Part shown: piece by piece, positions 1 to 9,830 of the stretch | How positions within the stretch are numbered: the first letter of the stretch is position 1 | Layout: every line of letters starts with the position of its first letter | Assembly (NCBI GenBank): GCA_945903605.1 | Contig: CAMDOH010000006.1 | Location: forward strand, 1-60,041 | Direction of reading: 5' to 3' | Length of the DNA stretch: 60,041 nucleotides | DNA from: Akkermansia muciniphila | GTDB taxonomy: Bacteria; Verrucomicrobiota; Verrucomicrobiia; Limisphaerales; UBA1100 | The notes under the pieces: model-generated | Told to the model about the DNA's origin: nothing | The model's input: the letters and a program-made list of their open reading frames with translations, nothing else | Database searches by the model: none | Position numbers and translations under genes: made by a program

Positions 1-1041
1 AAGTTCACGGTCATCCGCTCGCTTGTCGGCGCGCAGAATGATCACGATGCCTTCCAGTGTTACACCGGCCACAGCCGCACCGAGATTGCGCCGCCCGGCG
101 GTTGGGCGCCTTTCGGCGGTCTGGTCAGCAAAGTGCAGGGAGCGGTGAATCCCACCACGCCGCCCTTCGTGAGCCTCTGCTACGAATGCACGCACGGGCC
201 TTACAACGAACCGGGGCCGGGCATGGTACAAGTTGCTCACTCATCCTTTCGCCCAGTTGGGCCGGGCCGTGGCGATTTGAAATTGCAGGGCATTACCTAC
301 GACCGCCTCGCCGACCGCACTCGCCTGCTCGCGAGCATGGACAGGTTTCGTCGTGACGTGGATACGAGTGGGCAGATGCAGGGCGCTGACATTTTCACGC
401 AACAGGCGATGGGCGTGCTCACATCCTCGAAGCTGGCCGAGGCGCTCGATTTATCGAAAGAAGACCCGCGCGTCGCCGCACGCTACGGCAAGGGCGACGA
501 GGTGAAGCGCATTGACGAAAATGGTGCGCCGCGTGTCCCGCAAAGTTTTCTTGCCGCCCGCCGACTCGTCGAAGCTGGCGCGCGCGTGGTGACGGTCAAT
601 TACAGCAAGTGGGATTGGCACGGCGGGCCGGGCAACGACATCTTCACGCGCGAGCGCGAGGACTTCCCGATTTTCGATCAAGGAATCACCGCGCTCATCG
701 AAGACCTTCATCAGCGCGGTTTGGACAAAGACGTGACGGTGCTTGTGTGGGGCGAGTTCGGGCGCACGCCGCGCATCAGCGCGCAAGCCGGCCGCGACCA
801 CTGGCCGCGCGTGGCGATGGCGCTTCTGGCTGGCGGTGGGATGCGCAACGGCCAGGTGATCGGAGCGACCGACCGGCTCGGCGGCGAATGCACGGAACGC
901 CCCGTGCGCTTCGGCGATGTCTTCGCCACGCTCTATCAAAATCTCGGCCTTCCTGCCGACATGACCGTCACCGACTTGTCTGGACGCCCGCAGTATCTCG
1001 TGGAAAATGGGTGCGCGCCGATACGGGAGCTGGTGGGCTGA
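1..1041 (+). CDS. DUF1501 domain protein (5' end truncated by window edge)
   Basis: Frame +1 is open from base 1 (KFTVIRSLVGAQNDHDAFQCYTG...). Motifs [22 protein letters not shown] and GRDHW match the other paralogs in the window. Confidence 0.9.
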   Translation, partial: KFTVIRSLVGAQNDHDAFQCYTGHSRTEIAPPGGWAPFGGLVSKVQGAVNPTTPPFVSLCYECTHGPYNEPGPGMVQVAHSSFRPVGPGRGDLKLQGITYDRLADRTRLLASMDRFRRDVDTSGQMQGADIFTQQAMGVLTSSKLAEALDLSKEDPRVAARYGKGDEVKRIDENGAPRVPQSFLAARRLVEAGARVVTVNYSKWDWHGGPGNDIFTREREDFPIFDQGITALIEDLHQRGLDKDVTVLVWGEFGRTPRISAQAGRDHWPRVAMALLAGGGMRNGQVIGATDRLGGECTERPVRFGDVFATLYQNLGLPADMTVTDLSGRPQYLVENGCAPIRELVG

Positions 1042-1065
1042 TCGCTCGCGACGGAATTAAAACTC

Positions 1066-2412
1066 ATGCTGAAGATTTTCGGTTCCAATTCCGGCAAGTT
1101 GTGTGACGGACTTTCGCGCCGCGATTTCCTGCAAGTCGGCGCGCTGGGCATGGGCGGGCTGGCATTGCCGCAGTTGCTCGAGGCGCAGGCGCTCGCGGGC
1201 GTCGGCAAATCGCACAAGGCCGTCATCATGATTTACCTCGTCGGTGCGCCGCCGCATCAGGACATGTACGACCTGAAGATGGATGCGCCCAGCGAGATTC
1301 GCGGCCCGTTTCAGCCCATCAAAACGAACGTGCCCGGCATCGAGATCTGCGAGCATCTGCCGCGACTGGCGCGCATCATGGACAAGCTCGTGCCGCTGCG
1401 CTCGGTGCACGGCTCGCCCGATGGCGATCACGATTCCTTCATCTGCTACACCGGCCGCCACAAACGCACGCAACCGCCCGGTGGCTGGCCGGCCATCGGC
1501 TCGGTGGTGTCAAAATTTCAGGGCGCTGCAAATAAATTCGTGCCGCCCTTTGTGGGACTCGCGCCCAAAGCGGGTCATCCCCCGTATGGTTCGCCGGGAC
1601 TGCCCGGTTGCCTCGGCGTGCCGCACGGGGCCTTCCGTCCTGCGGGAGAGGGGATGAGCGACCTCAAATTGAACGAGATTTCATCGGATCGTTTTAGTGA
1701 TCGCAAGTCGCTGCTTCAATCCTTCGACCGCTTTCGTCGCGACGTGGACAACAGCCGGTCGATGGAAGGTCTCGATGCGTTTCAGCAACAGGCGCTGGGA
1801 CTGCTCACCTCCAGCCAGCTCGCCGAGGCGCTTGACCTCTCGAAGGAAGACGCGAAGGTGCGCGAGCGTTACGGCAAGGGCTTCACCCAAAACTACGGCG
1901 ATGGCGCCCCGCGCAACCTCGAACATTTTCTGATAGCCCGCCGCTTGGTCGAGGCCGGCGCGCGTGTGGTGACGCTCAATTTCGGACGCTGGGATTTTCA
2001 CTCGGACAATTTCAACGAAGCCAAGAACACGCACCTGCCGTACTTCGATCAGGGCGTGGCCACGCTGGTGCAGGATTTGCACGACCGCGGTTTGAGCAAG
2101 GACGTGGCCGTGGTTGCGTGGGGCGAATTCGGCCGCACGCCAAACATCAACAAAGAGGCCGGGCGCGATCACTGGCCGCAAGTGGGCGGCGGACTCATCG
2201 CCGGCGGCGGCTTTCGCACGGGACAAGTGATTGGCGCAACCGATCGAATCGGTGGCGAGATTGCCGAACGCCCCGTGCATTTCGGCGAGGTGTTCGCCTC
2301 GCTTTATCACCACCTCGGCATCGATCCGCACAAGACGACTTTCACCGACCACGCCGGCCGGCCGCACCCGCTCGTGGATTACCGCCACGAAGCGCTGAAG
2401 GAATTGGTGTGA
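1066..2412 (+). CDS. DUF1501 domain protein with twin-arginine-like N-terminus
   Basis: CDGLSRRDFLQ N-terminus; GAPPHQDMYD, WDFH, GEFGRTP, GRDHW. Confidence 0.92.
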   Translation: MLKIFGSNSGKLCDGLSRRDFLQVGALGMGGLALPQLLEAQALAGVGKSHKAVIMIYLVGAPPHQDMYDLKMDAPSEIRGPFQPIKTNVPGIEICEHLPRLARIMDKLVPLRSVHGSPDGDHDSFICYTGRHKRTQPPGGWPAIGSVVSKFQGAANKFVPPFVGLAPKAGHPPYGSPGLPGCLGVPHGAFRPAGEGMSDLKLNEISSDRFSDRKSLLQSFDRFRRDVDNSRSMEGLDAFQQQALGLLTSSQLAEALDLSKEDAKVRERYGKGFTQNYGDGAPRNLEHFLIARRLVEAGARVVTLNFGRWDFHSDNFNEAKNTHLPYFDQGVATLVQDLHDRGLSKDVAVVAWGEFGRTPNINKEAGRDHWPQVGGGLIAGGGFRTGQVIGATDRIGGEIAERPVHFGEVFASLYHHLGIDPHKTTFTDHAGRPHPLVDYRHEALKELV

Positions 2413-2488
2413 TGCGCTCAGTCTGAATTGATCGGCGAGAAAGGGTTTCCATTGGCCTCACCTTCAGGCACAGTGACAGCGCATCGTC

Positions 2489-3346
2489 ATGGCACTCTCC
2501 GACCAAACTAGTCTCCGGGTGGTTCTCTATGAAGGCAATGGCTCCGCAGCACTCGCCGCTGAAGATCGCTTTGCCGCGCTGAATCAATTGCTGGAACGCG
2601 GATTTGCCGTTACGCGGGCGAGCGGTCTGGGTGCAGTGGCTCCCGCCGATCGAACTTCGTTGCTCGTGCTCGGCCGTTTCGAAAATGGTCAGGCGCCGAA
2701 GGCGGATGCAGGCACCGACGGCACTCGCATCGAATTCCGTGATATCGCCGAACTAGACGCTGCAGCGATTGTGGAATCCGTTGAGCAGACGCGCGCGAAA
2801 ACGAACACCTTCCAACACGGCGAATGGAAGCCGTGGTTTCCGGTGATCGATTATGATCGCTGCACGAACTGCATGCAGTGTCTCTCCTTTTGTCTTTTCG
2901 GCGTGTACGGCGCGGACGGCGAAGGGAAAATTCAAGTTCAGAACAACGACAACTGCAAAACGAATTGCCCCGCCTGCAGCCGTGTTTGCCCCGAGGCGGC
3001 CATCATGTTTCCCAAGTACAAGGCCGGGCCGATCAACGGCGACGTGGTGCGCGATTCCGATCTGCAGAAGGAGAAGATGAAGGTGGACATCTCATCGCTG
3101 CTTGGCGGCGATGTGTACTCGCTGCTGCGCCAACGGAGCGATGATGCGAAGGCTAGATTCAGCAAGGAGCGAGACGATAAGAAGGCGCTTGCCGAACGGC
3201 AAAAGTGCCTGACCAAACTCGCGAAGGCTGGCGACATCCCCGTTGAAGTGCTGATGAGTCTGCCGTCCCCCGATGAAATTCTCCGCCGGGCTGGAGAGGC
3301 AAAAGCAAAGGCCGCTGCTGCTCTGTTGTTGCAGGCGAAGAATTGA
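2489..3346 (+). CDS. 2x[4Fe-4S] ferredoxin-domain protein with unknown N- and C-terminal regions
   Basis: CTNCMQCLSFC and CKTNCPACSRVCP cluster motifs. Confidence 0.85.
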   Translation: MALSDQTSLRVVLYEGNGSAALAAEDRFAALNQLLERGFAVTRASGLGAVAPADRTSLLVLGRFENGQAPKADAGTDGTRIEFRDIAELDAAAIVESVEQTRAKTNTFQHGEWKPWFPVIDYDRCTNCMQCLSFCLFGVYGADGEGKIQVQNNDNCKTNCPACSRVCPEAAIMFPKYKAGPINGDVVRDSDLQKEKMKVDISSLLGGDVYSLLRQRSDDAKARFSKERDDKKALAERQKCLTKLAKAGDIPVEVLMSLPSPDEILRRAGEAKAKAAAALLLQAKN

Positions 3347-3347
3347 A

Positions 3348-4028
3348 ATGATCCGCCACATGAACGCCCTCACTTCCATCTCCGAGCTGTCCCGCCGCAA
3401 ATTTATCGGTCGTGCGGCGCTGGGCACGGCCTTCTCCGCTGTGCCCGGACTGTTTGCCGAAACACTCACCTCCACGCCACGGCAGACCGAAGGGCCGTTC
3501 TATCCGGACAAACTGCCGCTCGATACGGACAACGATCTGCTCATCCTCAACAACGCCGCGACACACGCGCTTGGCGAGGTGACCTATCTCAGCGGACGTA
3601 TCCTCGATGCTCGTGGAGAACCGATTCGCGGCGCGCTCGTCGAGATCTGGCAGTGCGACGCCAACGGCGCGTATCTACACACACGCAGCGGCAACGCGGC
3701 CAAACGCGACGGAAATTTTCAGGGCTTCGGCCGCTTCATCACCGGTTCGACTGGCGAATATCTGTTCCGAACCATCAAGCCCGTGCCATATCCTGGCCGC
3801 ACGCCGCACATCCATCTCAAAGTTCGGCGCGGCGGCAAGGATTTACTCACCACGCAATGTTATGTAAAGGGGCACGAGGGCAATGAAAAGGACGGCATCT
3901 GGAAGAGCGTCAAAGACGAGAAGGCGCGCGCGGCCATCACGATTGATTTTGCGCCGATCAAAGGCGCGAAGGCCGGCGAGTTGGCTGCCAAGTTTGATGT
4001 CGTTCTTGGCTTCACTCCGGAAGGCTGA
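3348..4028 (+). CDS. Intradiol ring-cleavage dioxygenase-like protein (protocatechuate 3,4-dioxygenase family) with Tat signal
   Basis: SRRKFIG twin-Arg signal; EGPFY, VEIWQCDANGAY, TIKPVPYPGRTPHIH (Tyr/Tyr/His/His Fe ligands). Start is ATG 3348 or 3360. Confidence 0.85.
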   Translation: MIRHMNALTSISELSRRKFIGRAALGTAFSAVPGLFAETLTSTPRQTEGPFYPDKLPLDTDNDLLILNNAATHALGEVTYLSGRILDARGEPIRGALVEIWQCDANGAYLHTRSGNAAKRDGNFQGFGRFITGSTGEYLFRTIKPVPYPGRTPHIHLKVRRGGKDLLTTQCYVKGHEGNEKDGIWKSVKDEKARAAITIDFAPIKGAKAGELAAKFDVVLGFTPEG

Positions 4029-4126
4029 CGCTCCTTGCGTGGCCAGACTTTGTTGAAACAAATTCTCGACCGTTGCGTCTGATTCCCTAATACTGCGGCC
4101 TTGCCAGTCATCATCGCAGAATAAAT

Positions 4127-5884
4127 ATGATTTCACAGAGCATTCCACTGGTAATCCCGCGGCCTGTCCCGAAGCAGATTTTCCGACCGCCCAAGAAAAA
4201 CATTCCGCAGACGGAAATTCAGCGGAACTTTATTTTAAACGCCGTGCGGAATTACGTTGCCGAGTTCAATCCGGTGCCGCCGATGCCGATGGAGGATCTG
4301 AAAGTACTCGCCGACCAGCTCATTGCCACACTCAAGCTCGATCCCATTTATCGCGATTACATTGGCGTCCTTCTCAACAACGAAATGTGGCGCGAGACGC
4401 TTGCCACCATTCCTTACGAACGCCGCCTGTTGCTACTGCCCAAATGTCTGCGAGTGGAAAGCAAATGTCCGGCGCCCTTCGATGAGTTTGGTCTGCTATG
4501 CAAACAGTGCGGACTTTGCACCATTCAAGATCTGCAAGGTGAGGCCGAACGACTGGGCTATCCGGTGCTCGTTGCCGAAGGATCAGCCATCGTGATGAGC
4601 CTCATTCAGACCGGCAAAATCGAAGCGATCGTCGGCGTGAGTTGCCTTTCAGTTTTGGAACGCGCCTTTCCGTACATGGAAGCGGCTGCTATTCCCGGCG
4701 TGGCCATACCGCTCCTGCAGGACGACTGCATGGATACCAACGTGGACATCGATTGGGTGTGGGACTACATCCACTTGACCAGCGACGACAAAACCCGGCG
4801 GCTGGATCTGGCGGCGTTGCGCGAAGAAGTCGATTCGTGGTTCACGACGGAATCGCTGGGGGAAATTCTGGGCGCTGCCGAAGGCGAGACGGAACGGATC
4901 GCGTCTGAATGGCTCTCTCGTGCCGGGAAACGCTGGCGTCCCTTTCTCACCGTGGCGGCATTCAAAGCACTGCGCGATTCCACAGACGCCCCGTTGCCGG
5001 AGGATTTGAAGAAGATCGCCGTGGCCATCGAGTGCTTCCACAAAGCATCGCTCATCCATGATGACATCGAAGACAACGATGCGGTGCGATATGGAGAAAA
5101 AACATTGCACGAAGAATACGGCGTTGCCATCGCGCTCAACGTCGGCGATTTGCTCATCGGCGAGGGCTATCGACTCATTGGCGATTCATCCATTTCTGCA
5201 GAACAAAAGACCGCGATGCTGACCGTCGCCGCCGAAGGCCAGCGGCTCCTTTGTCGAGGACAAGGCGCTGAACTCGTTTGGGCACGCCGCCCTTCACCGC
5301 TGAGTTCGCTGCAAGTGCTCGATATTTTCCGCAAGAAAACTGCGCCCGCCTTCGAAGTCGCACTGCAACTCGGCGCGATTTATGCCGGCACCGCGAAGCA
5401 CGAAGAAGTTTCAGAAGTCATCGCCGCGTACAGCGAGGCCCTCGGCATCGCCTACCAAATCCGCGACGACTTGAGCGATCTGGGAACTGGAGGCGATACG
5501 AATGACATCGCAGGGCTGCGGCCGAGCCTGCTGCTTGCCGTCGCTCACGAACGCGCGAATGACGAGACGAAGAAAAATATCCTCCATGCGCTCTGGCACC
5601 GGCAATCGACAGCCGGAGTGAACGCCGAACAGATCGAGGCCATTTATGTTGAGCTAAAAGCCGACGATCGTGCCCGCACGTTGCTTGAAACTTACAAAGA
5701 AGAGGCCATCCGCTCACTGCGCGACCTTGAAAATGCGAACCTGAAAGGACTGCTCCGGCGCGTGCTGGGCAAGATTTTCAACGACACAGAAATCAAAGGC
5801 TGGTGCAAAGAATTCGAGCAGAAGAATGGGATTGAGCGTTCGGCCGCTCCCGTCGCTGCGTCTGAACCGGCCATCGAAACGTAA
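4127..5884 (+). CDS. DUF116-like Cys-rich domain fused to trans-polyprenyl diphosphate synthase
   Basis: N-terminal LPKCLR..C..CKQCGLC..GVSC..QDDC; C-terminal GKRWRP, FARM ASLIHDDIED, GQ, KT and SARM YQIRDDLSD. Confidence 0.85.
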   Translation: MISQSIPLVIPRPVPKQIFRPPKKNIPQTEIQRNFILNAVRNYVAEFNPVPPMPMEDLKVLADQLIATLKLDPIYRDYIGVLLNNEMWRETLATIPYERRLLLLPKCLRVESKCPAPFDEFGLLCKQCGLCTIQDLQGEAERLGYPVLVAEGSAIVMSLIQTGKIEAIVGVSCLSVLERAFPYMEAAAIPGVAIPLLQDDCMDTNVDIDWVWDYIHLTSDDKTRRLDLAALREEVDSWFTTESLGEILGAAEGETERIASEWLSRAGKRWRPFLTVAAFKALRDSTDAPLPEDLKKIAVAIECFHKASLIHDDIEDNDAVRYGEKTLHEEYGVAIALNVGDLLIGEGYRLIGDSSISAEQKTAMLTVAAEGQRLLCRGQGAELVWARRPSPLSSLQVLDIFRKKTAPAFEVALQLGAIYAGTAKHEEVSEVIAAYSEALGIAYQIRDDLSDLGTGGDTNDIAGLRPSLLLAVAHERANDETKKNILHALWHRQSTAGVNAEQIEAIYVELKADDRARTLLETYKEEAIRSLRDLENANLKGLLRRVLGKIFNDTEIKGWCKEFEQKNGIERSAAPVAASEPAIET

Positions 5885-5905
5885 ATTCGCCGGGTTCGTC
5901 AGGAC

Positions 5906-6790
5906 ATGAGCGTTCGGCTCCAGATGCTTCAAGTGGCACGGCTCGCCGGGCGGTCACTCGGCGATTCGTCCGAATTGGTCCGCGACTTTTTCCGCAGCCA
6001 GCTCTCGCCTGAAGGCGCCGGGTTCGATCGCGCAGGTCGCCCGGATCTGTACTACACCGTTTTCGCTTTGAACGGCTTCACCGCATTGCAAATGGAATTG
6101 CCGACGTCGCGAACCGAATCGTGGCTGCGCAGTTTCAACGATGGTGCTGGCTTGGATCTTGTCCATTTGAGTTCGCTGGCGCGTTGCTGGACTGCCATCG
6201 AGAGGAAACTGCCGTCGGATCTCGCCAAGAAATTGCTGGCGCGCATCGAAACTTTTCGCAAGCCCGACGGCGGTTACGATGTGAATCCTAAAAACCCGCA
6301 CGGCACGGCGTACGGAGCTTTTCTCGCTTTGGGCGCCTATCAGGACTTCGGCAAACTACCCCCGAAACCACTGAGCATCGTGCAAAGTTTGAAGCGGCTG
6401 GAGTCGGCTGATCATGCTTGGAACAACGCGCCGGGAATGCCAGTCGGCTCGACGAATCCCACGGCGGGCGCAGTCACGTTGCTGCGCCAGCTTCACTTGC
6501 CCGTCAATGATGCCGTCGGCCATTGGTTGCTTGCGCAGTTGCATCCGCAAGGCGGGTTCCTGGCTGTTCCCGGCGCACCGATGCCCGACTTGCTTTCCAC
6601 GGCGACAGCGTTGCATGCACTTTCGACACTTGAATTGCGACTCTCCGCCGAAGCACGCGAACGCTGTCTCGATTTTGTGGATTCGTTGTGGAGCGCGAAA
6701 GGCGGCTTTCACGGCCACTGGGCCGATGATCATCTGGATGCCGAATACACCTTCTACGGATTACTGGCGCTCGGCCATCTGAGTGTCTGA
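5906..6790 (+). CDS. Prenyltransferase/squalene-cyclase repeat (alpha-alpha barrel) protein
   Basis: Repeated Q/R-x-x-x-GG(F/Y) units with DLYYT, DLLST and DAEYTFYG helices. No DxDD cyclase motif. Confidence 0.75.
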   Translation: MSVRLQMLQVARLAGRSLGDSSELVRDFFRSQLSPEGAGFDRAGRPDLYYTVFALNGFTALQMELPTSRTESWLRSFNDGAGLDLVHLSSLARCWTAIERKLPSDLAKKLLARIETFRKPDGGYDVNPKNPHGTAYGAFLALGAYQDFGKLPPKPLSIVQSLKRLESADHAWNNAPGMPVGSTNPTAGAVTLLRQLHLPVNDAVGHWLLAQLHPQGGFLAVPGAPMPDLLSTATALHALSTLELRLSAEARERCLDFVDSLWSAKGGFHGHWADDHLDAEYTFYGLLALGHLSV

Positions 6791-8263
6791 ATGGCTCAAC
6801 ATCCACAGACCGGCCATGGTGAATGCGCCGTTCAAGATCAACAGCTCGAAACCGAAGACGTAGCCGTTGAGCCACGCCTTTGAATTCGCATCGAGCGCCC
6901 AGCAAATCAGCGGCGACGCGAGGCACACCATTGGCACGCCGCGAGCGCGGACTTGCCACTTCGTAAACAGACCCACGGCGAATAAGCCCAAGAGTGGCCC
7001 ATACGTGTAGCCGGCCATTTTCAACACAAGATCAATGACGGCGGCGTTGTTGAGCGCGCGAAATCCGAGGATGACCAATAGGAGGATGCCGGCAAATGCG
7101 AGATGAACCGAGTGCCTAAGATTCGTTTTCTGTTCGTCCGTCATACCAACTTTGGATTCCATCCCTGCGATATCGACCAGAAATGAGGTCGTAAGCGTGG
7201 TGAGCACTGAATCGGCACTGTTAAACGTCGCCGCTGTGAGGCCCAAAATAAAAACCAGAGAGGCGAACATCCCGAGATGTCCCAGAGCGAGCGTGGGGAA
7301 AAGGAGATCTGTCTTTTCTGGCAGCGCAATCCCTTTCACCGCTGCATAGTGATAAAGCAACGCGCCGAGGGCGAGGAAGCACGCATTCACCACCACGGCG
7401 ATCAGGCTGAAGAGACAGATGTTTTTCTGGGCATCGCGCAGCGAGCGGCAAGCGAGATTTTTCTGCATCGAGTTTTGATCCAACCCCGTCATCACGATGG
7501 CGATGAAGGTGCCGCTGAGCAGTTGCCTCCAAAAGTTTTTGGGTGAAGCCCAATCATCCACGAACCAGTCGGAGTGTGGGCTTTGTCTCACCGTCTCCAA
7601 CATGCCGCCTAGGCCCAGTCCGAGTTCGTGTCCGATTGCGATGAGTGAAAGCACCACGCCGAGAACAAGGAAGCCGGATTGAAAAAGATCCGTCCACACG
7701 AGCGTTTTGAGTCCGCCCTTGTAAGTGTAGATCAGAATGAGAGTGATAATGCCCGAGACCGTGACCCAAAATGGAACACCCCATTGATCGAAGATGAACG
7801 CTTGAATCACATTCGCCGCCAGATAGAGCCGCGCAGCGGCACCCAGCATTCGTGAGAGCAGGAAAAATGCGGAGCCGGTTTTTTGTGCAGGCGCGCCAAA
7901 CCGCGTGCCGAGGTAGCTGTAAATGCTGGTGAGCTGAAGTCGGTAATAGAGCGGCAGCAGAACTCCAGCGATGACCCAGTAGCCGATCGCGTAGCCGAAG
8001 ACGATTGGCAGATAGGTGAATTGGTTTTTCCCCACTGCACCGGGGACCGAGAGAAAAGTGACGCCAGACAGTGAATCCCCGATAAGGCCGATGGCCACGG
8101 CGAGCCACGGAGCGGATTTGTTGGCGAGGAAATAGCTCTGATTCGTCGCGCCTCGGCTGGTGTACCAAGCAATGGCCAGCAGCGCGGTAAAATAACCGGC
8201 GATGCAAATTAATATTCCGGCGGATGAGATGCTGGCTTCGGCAAGCACGGCGTGGATACTCAC
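6761..8263 (-). CDS. Sodium:solute symporter (SSS family)
   Basis: About 13 hydrophobic segments; YFLA, SGVTFLSVPG, GGLKTLVWTD, GLDQNSMQK. 3' end overlaps the convergent gene by 30 bp. Confidence 0.92.
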   Translation of the reverse strand: MSIHAVLAEASISSAGILICIAGYFTALLAIAWYTSRGATNQSYFLANKSAPWLAVAIGLIGDSLSGVTFLSVPGAVGKNQFTYLPIVFGYAIGYWVIAGVLLPLYYRLQLTSIYSYLGTRFGAPAQKTGSAFFLLSRMLGAAARLYLAANVIQAFIFDQWGVPFWVTVSGIITLILIYTYKGGLKTLVWTDLFQSGFLVLGVVLSLIAIGHELGLGLGGMLETVRQSPHSDWFVDDWASPKNFWRQLLSGTFIAIVMTGLDQNSMQKNLACRSLRDAQKNICLFSLIAVVVNACFLALGALLYHYAAVKGIALPEKTDLLFPTLALGHLGMFASLVFILGLTAATFNSADSVLTTLTTSFLVDIAGMESKVGMTDEQKTNLRHSVHLAFAGILLLVILGFRALNNAAVIDLVLKMAGYTYGPLLGLFAVGLFTKWQVRARGVPMVCLASPLICWALDANSKAWLNGYVFGFELLILNGAFTMAGLWMLSHSDTQMAERQ

Positions 8264-8376
8264 CCAGATGTTATGGCATGAACCAGTGGAAACGATTCTC
8301 TCAAAGCCAAGATTCTGAATTGACCCGAACCCATGATTGGCACACGCTCAAAGCTCAGTCTTAAACGAATTAATTC

Positions 8377-9732
8377 ATGAGCACCCTCAACCTGAACTCC
8401 ACCGACCGTCGCACTTTCATCAAGCAAGCTTCCACGGCAACGGCTGCTGTGGCAGCGGCCAATTTGCTCAAAGTGCCTGTCTACGGCCAGAATCAAGCGC
8501 CTTCAGCAAATGTTGTCGGCGCGAACAACAAGATCGTGCTCGGCCACATCGGCGTCGGCGGACAAGGCATGGCACACGTCACGCAAATGAAGCCCAAGCA
8601 CGGCGATAACAACACCGTCTCGGCGGCCGTCTGCGACGTCTCGAAGCATCGCACCGCTGCTGCCGCCAATTCGATCGGCGAGAAATGCGCTCAGATTGCC
8701 GACTACGAAAAAATGCTCGAGCGAAAGGATATCGACGCGATCGTCTGCGCCACCGTTGATCACTGGCACACCAAAGTGTCGGTGGCCGCATTGGAGGCGG
8801 GCAAGCATGTGTACGTTGAAAAGCCGATGACCCGTTACTTGGGCGAGGCGTTCGAGATTTACGACACGGTCAAACGCACTGGAAAGATTTTACAAGTCGG
8901 CTCGCAAGGCTGTTCAGATCTGAAATGGCACAAGGCAGCGTCGCTGATTCGTGAAGGCCGCATCGGACACGTCGTCATGGCGCAAGGCTCGTACATGCGC
9001 AACTCCCCTAAGGGCGAGTGGAACTACGGCATCCAGCCTTGGGCCACCGCCGAGGACATCGAGTGGAAGAAATGGATGGGCCACGTCTCGAAGAAAATCG
9101 CCTTTAACGCGGATCATTATTTCCGTTGGCGAAAATATTATCCCTACTGCGCAGGGCTTCTCGGCGATTTGTTTCCTCACAAACTGCATCCGTACATGCT
9201 CGCCACCGGCAACCCTGAATTCCCGACTCGTGTCGCCAGCGTGGGCAACAAAAAGGTTCGCACTGACCAGCTCACTCCGGGCACTCCCGAGCGCGACGTG
9301 ACGGAGATCGCGCAGATCATCGCTGAATTCCCCAGCGGCATGGTGTTGCACGCCACCTCCAGCACGGTGAACGAAGTCGGCACTCAAGAGATGATCCGCG
9401 GCCACAAAGCCACGCTCACCATGGCTGGCAACAAAGTACAGCTCGATCCCGCACGGCCATTCGCCGAGGAAATCGATCCGTACACCAGTGAGGCGTTCCC
9501 CGGCGAAGGGTTGCCGCCGCATCACAAGAATTGGTTCGATTCCATTCGCAGCAACAAACAACCCAATGCTGGCATTGATCTCGCGATTAAAGTTCAGACA
9601 GTCATCTCGCTGGCGGAAATGTCCGAGCGCTTGAGCATGATGTGCCTCTTCGACGCGAAGACTCGCAAGATCACTACGGGCGACGGGCGTGAAATCAAAC
9701 CGCTGACCTACGGATCCACTGAACTGTCCTGA
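8377..9732 (+). CDS. Gfo/Idh/MocA oxidoreductase with Tat signal
   Basis: DRRTFIK signal; IGVGGQG, DHWH, GKHVYVEKP. Confidence 0.92.
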   Translation: MSTLNLNSTDRRTFIKQASTATAAVAAANLLKVPVYGQNQAPSANVVGANNKIVLGHIGVGGQGMAHVTQMKPKHGDNNTVSAAVCDVSKHRTAAAANSIGEKCAQIADYEKMLERKDIDAIVCATVDHWHTKVSVAALEAGKHVYVEKPMTRYLGEAFEIYDTVKRTGKILQVGSQGCSDLKWHKAASLIREGRIGHVVMAQGSYMRNSPKGEWNYGIQPWATAEDIEWKKWMGHVSKKIAFNADHYFRWRKYYPYCAGLLGDLFPHKLHPYMLATGNPEFPTRVASVGNKKVRTDQLTPGTPERDVTEIAQIIAEFPSGMVLHATSSTVNEVGTQEMIRGHKATLTMAGNKVQLDPARPFAEEIDPYTSEAFPGEGLPPHHKNWFDSIRSNKQPNAGIDLAIKVQTVISLAEMSERLSMMCLFDAKTRKITTGDGREIKPLTYGSTELS

Positions 9733-9794
9733 TCCGGAACAAATCTTCACACGAGCGGCGGCCCATTGGCCGCCGCTCTTTTGCTTTCTACCCT

Positions 9795-9830
9795 TTGCTT
9801 TCGTGCGACGCTCTGCAGCATACTGGCCCG
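9795..9830 (+). promoter_or_regulatory. Putative sigma70-like promoter for a leaderless apbE mRNA
   Basis: TTGCTT-N18-CATACT, then 6 nt to ATG 9831; no Shine-Dalgarno. Confidence 0.4.

Noticed and set aside
5906-6790. Squalene-hopene cyclase call
   Set aside because: Only 294 aa (one barrel) and no DxDD motif.
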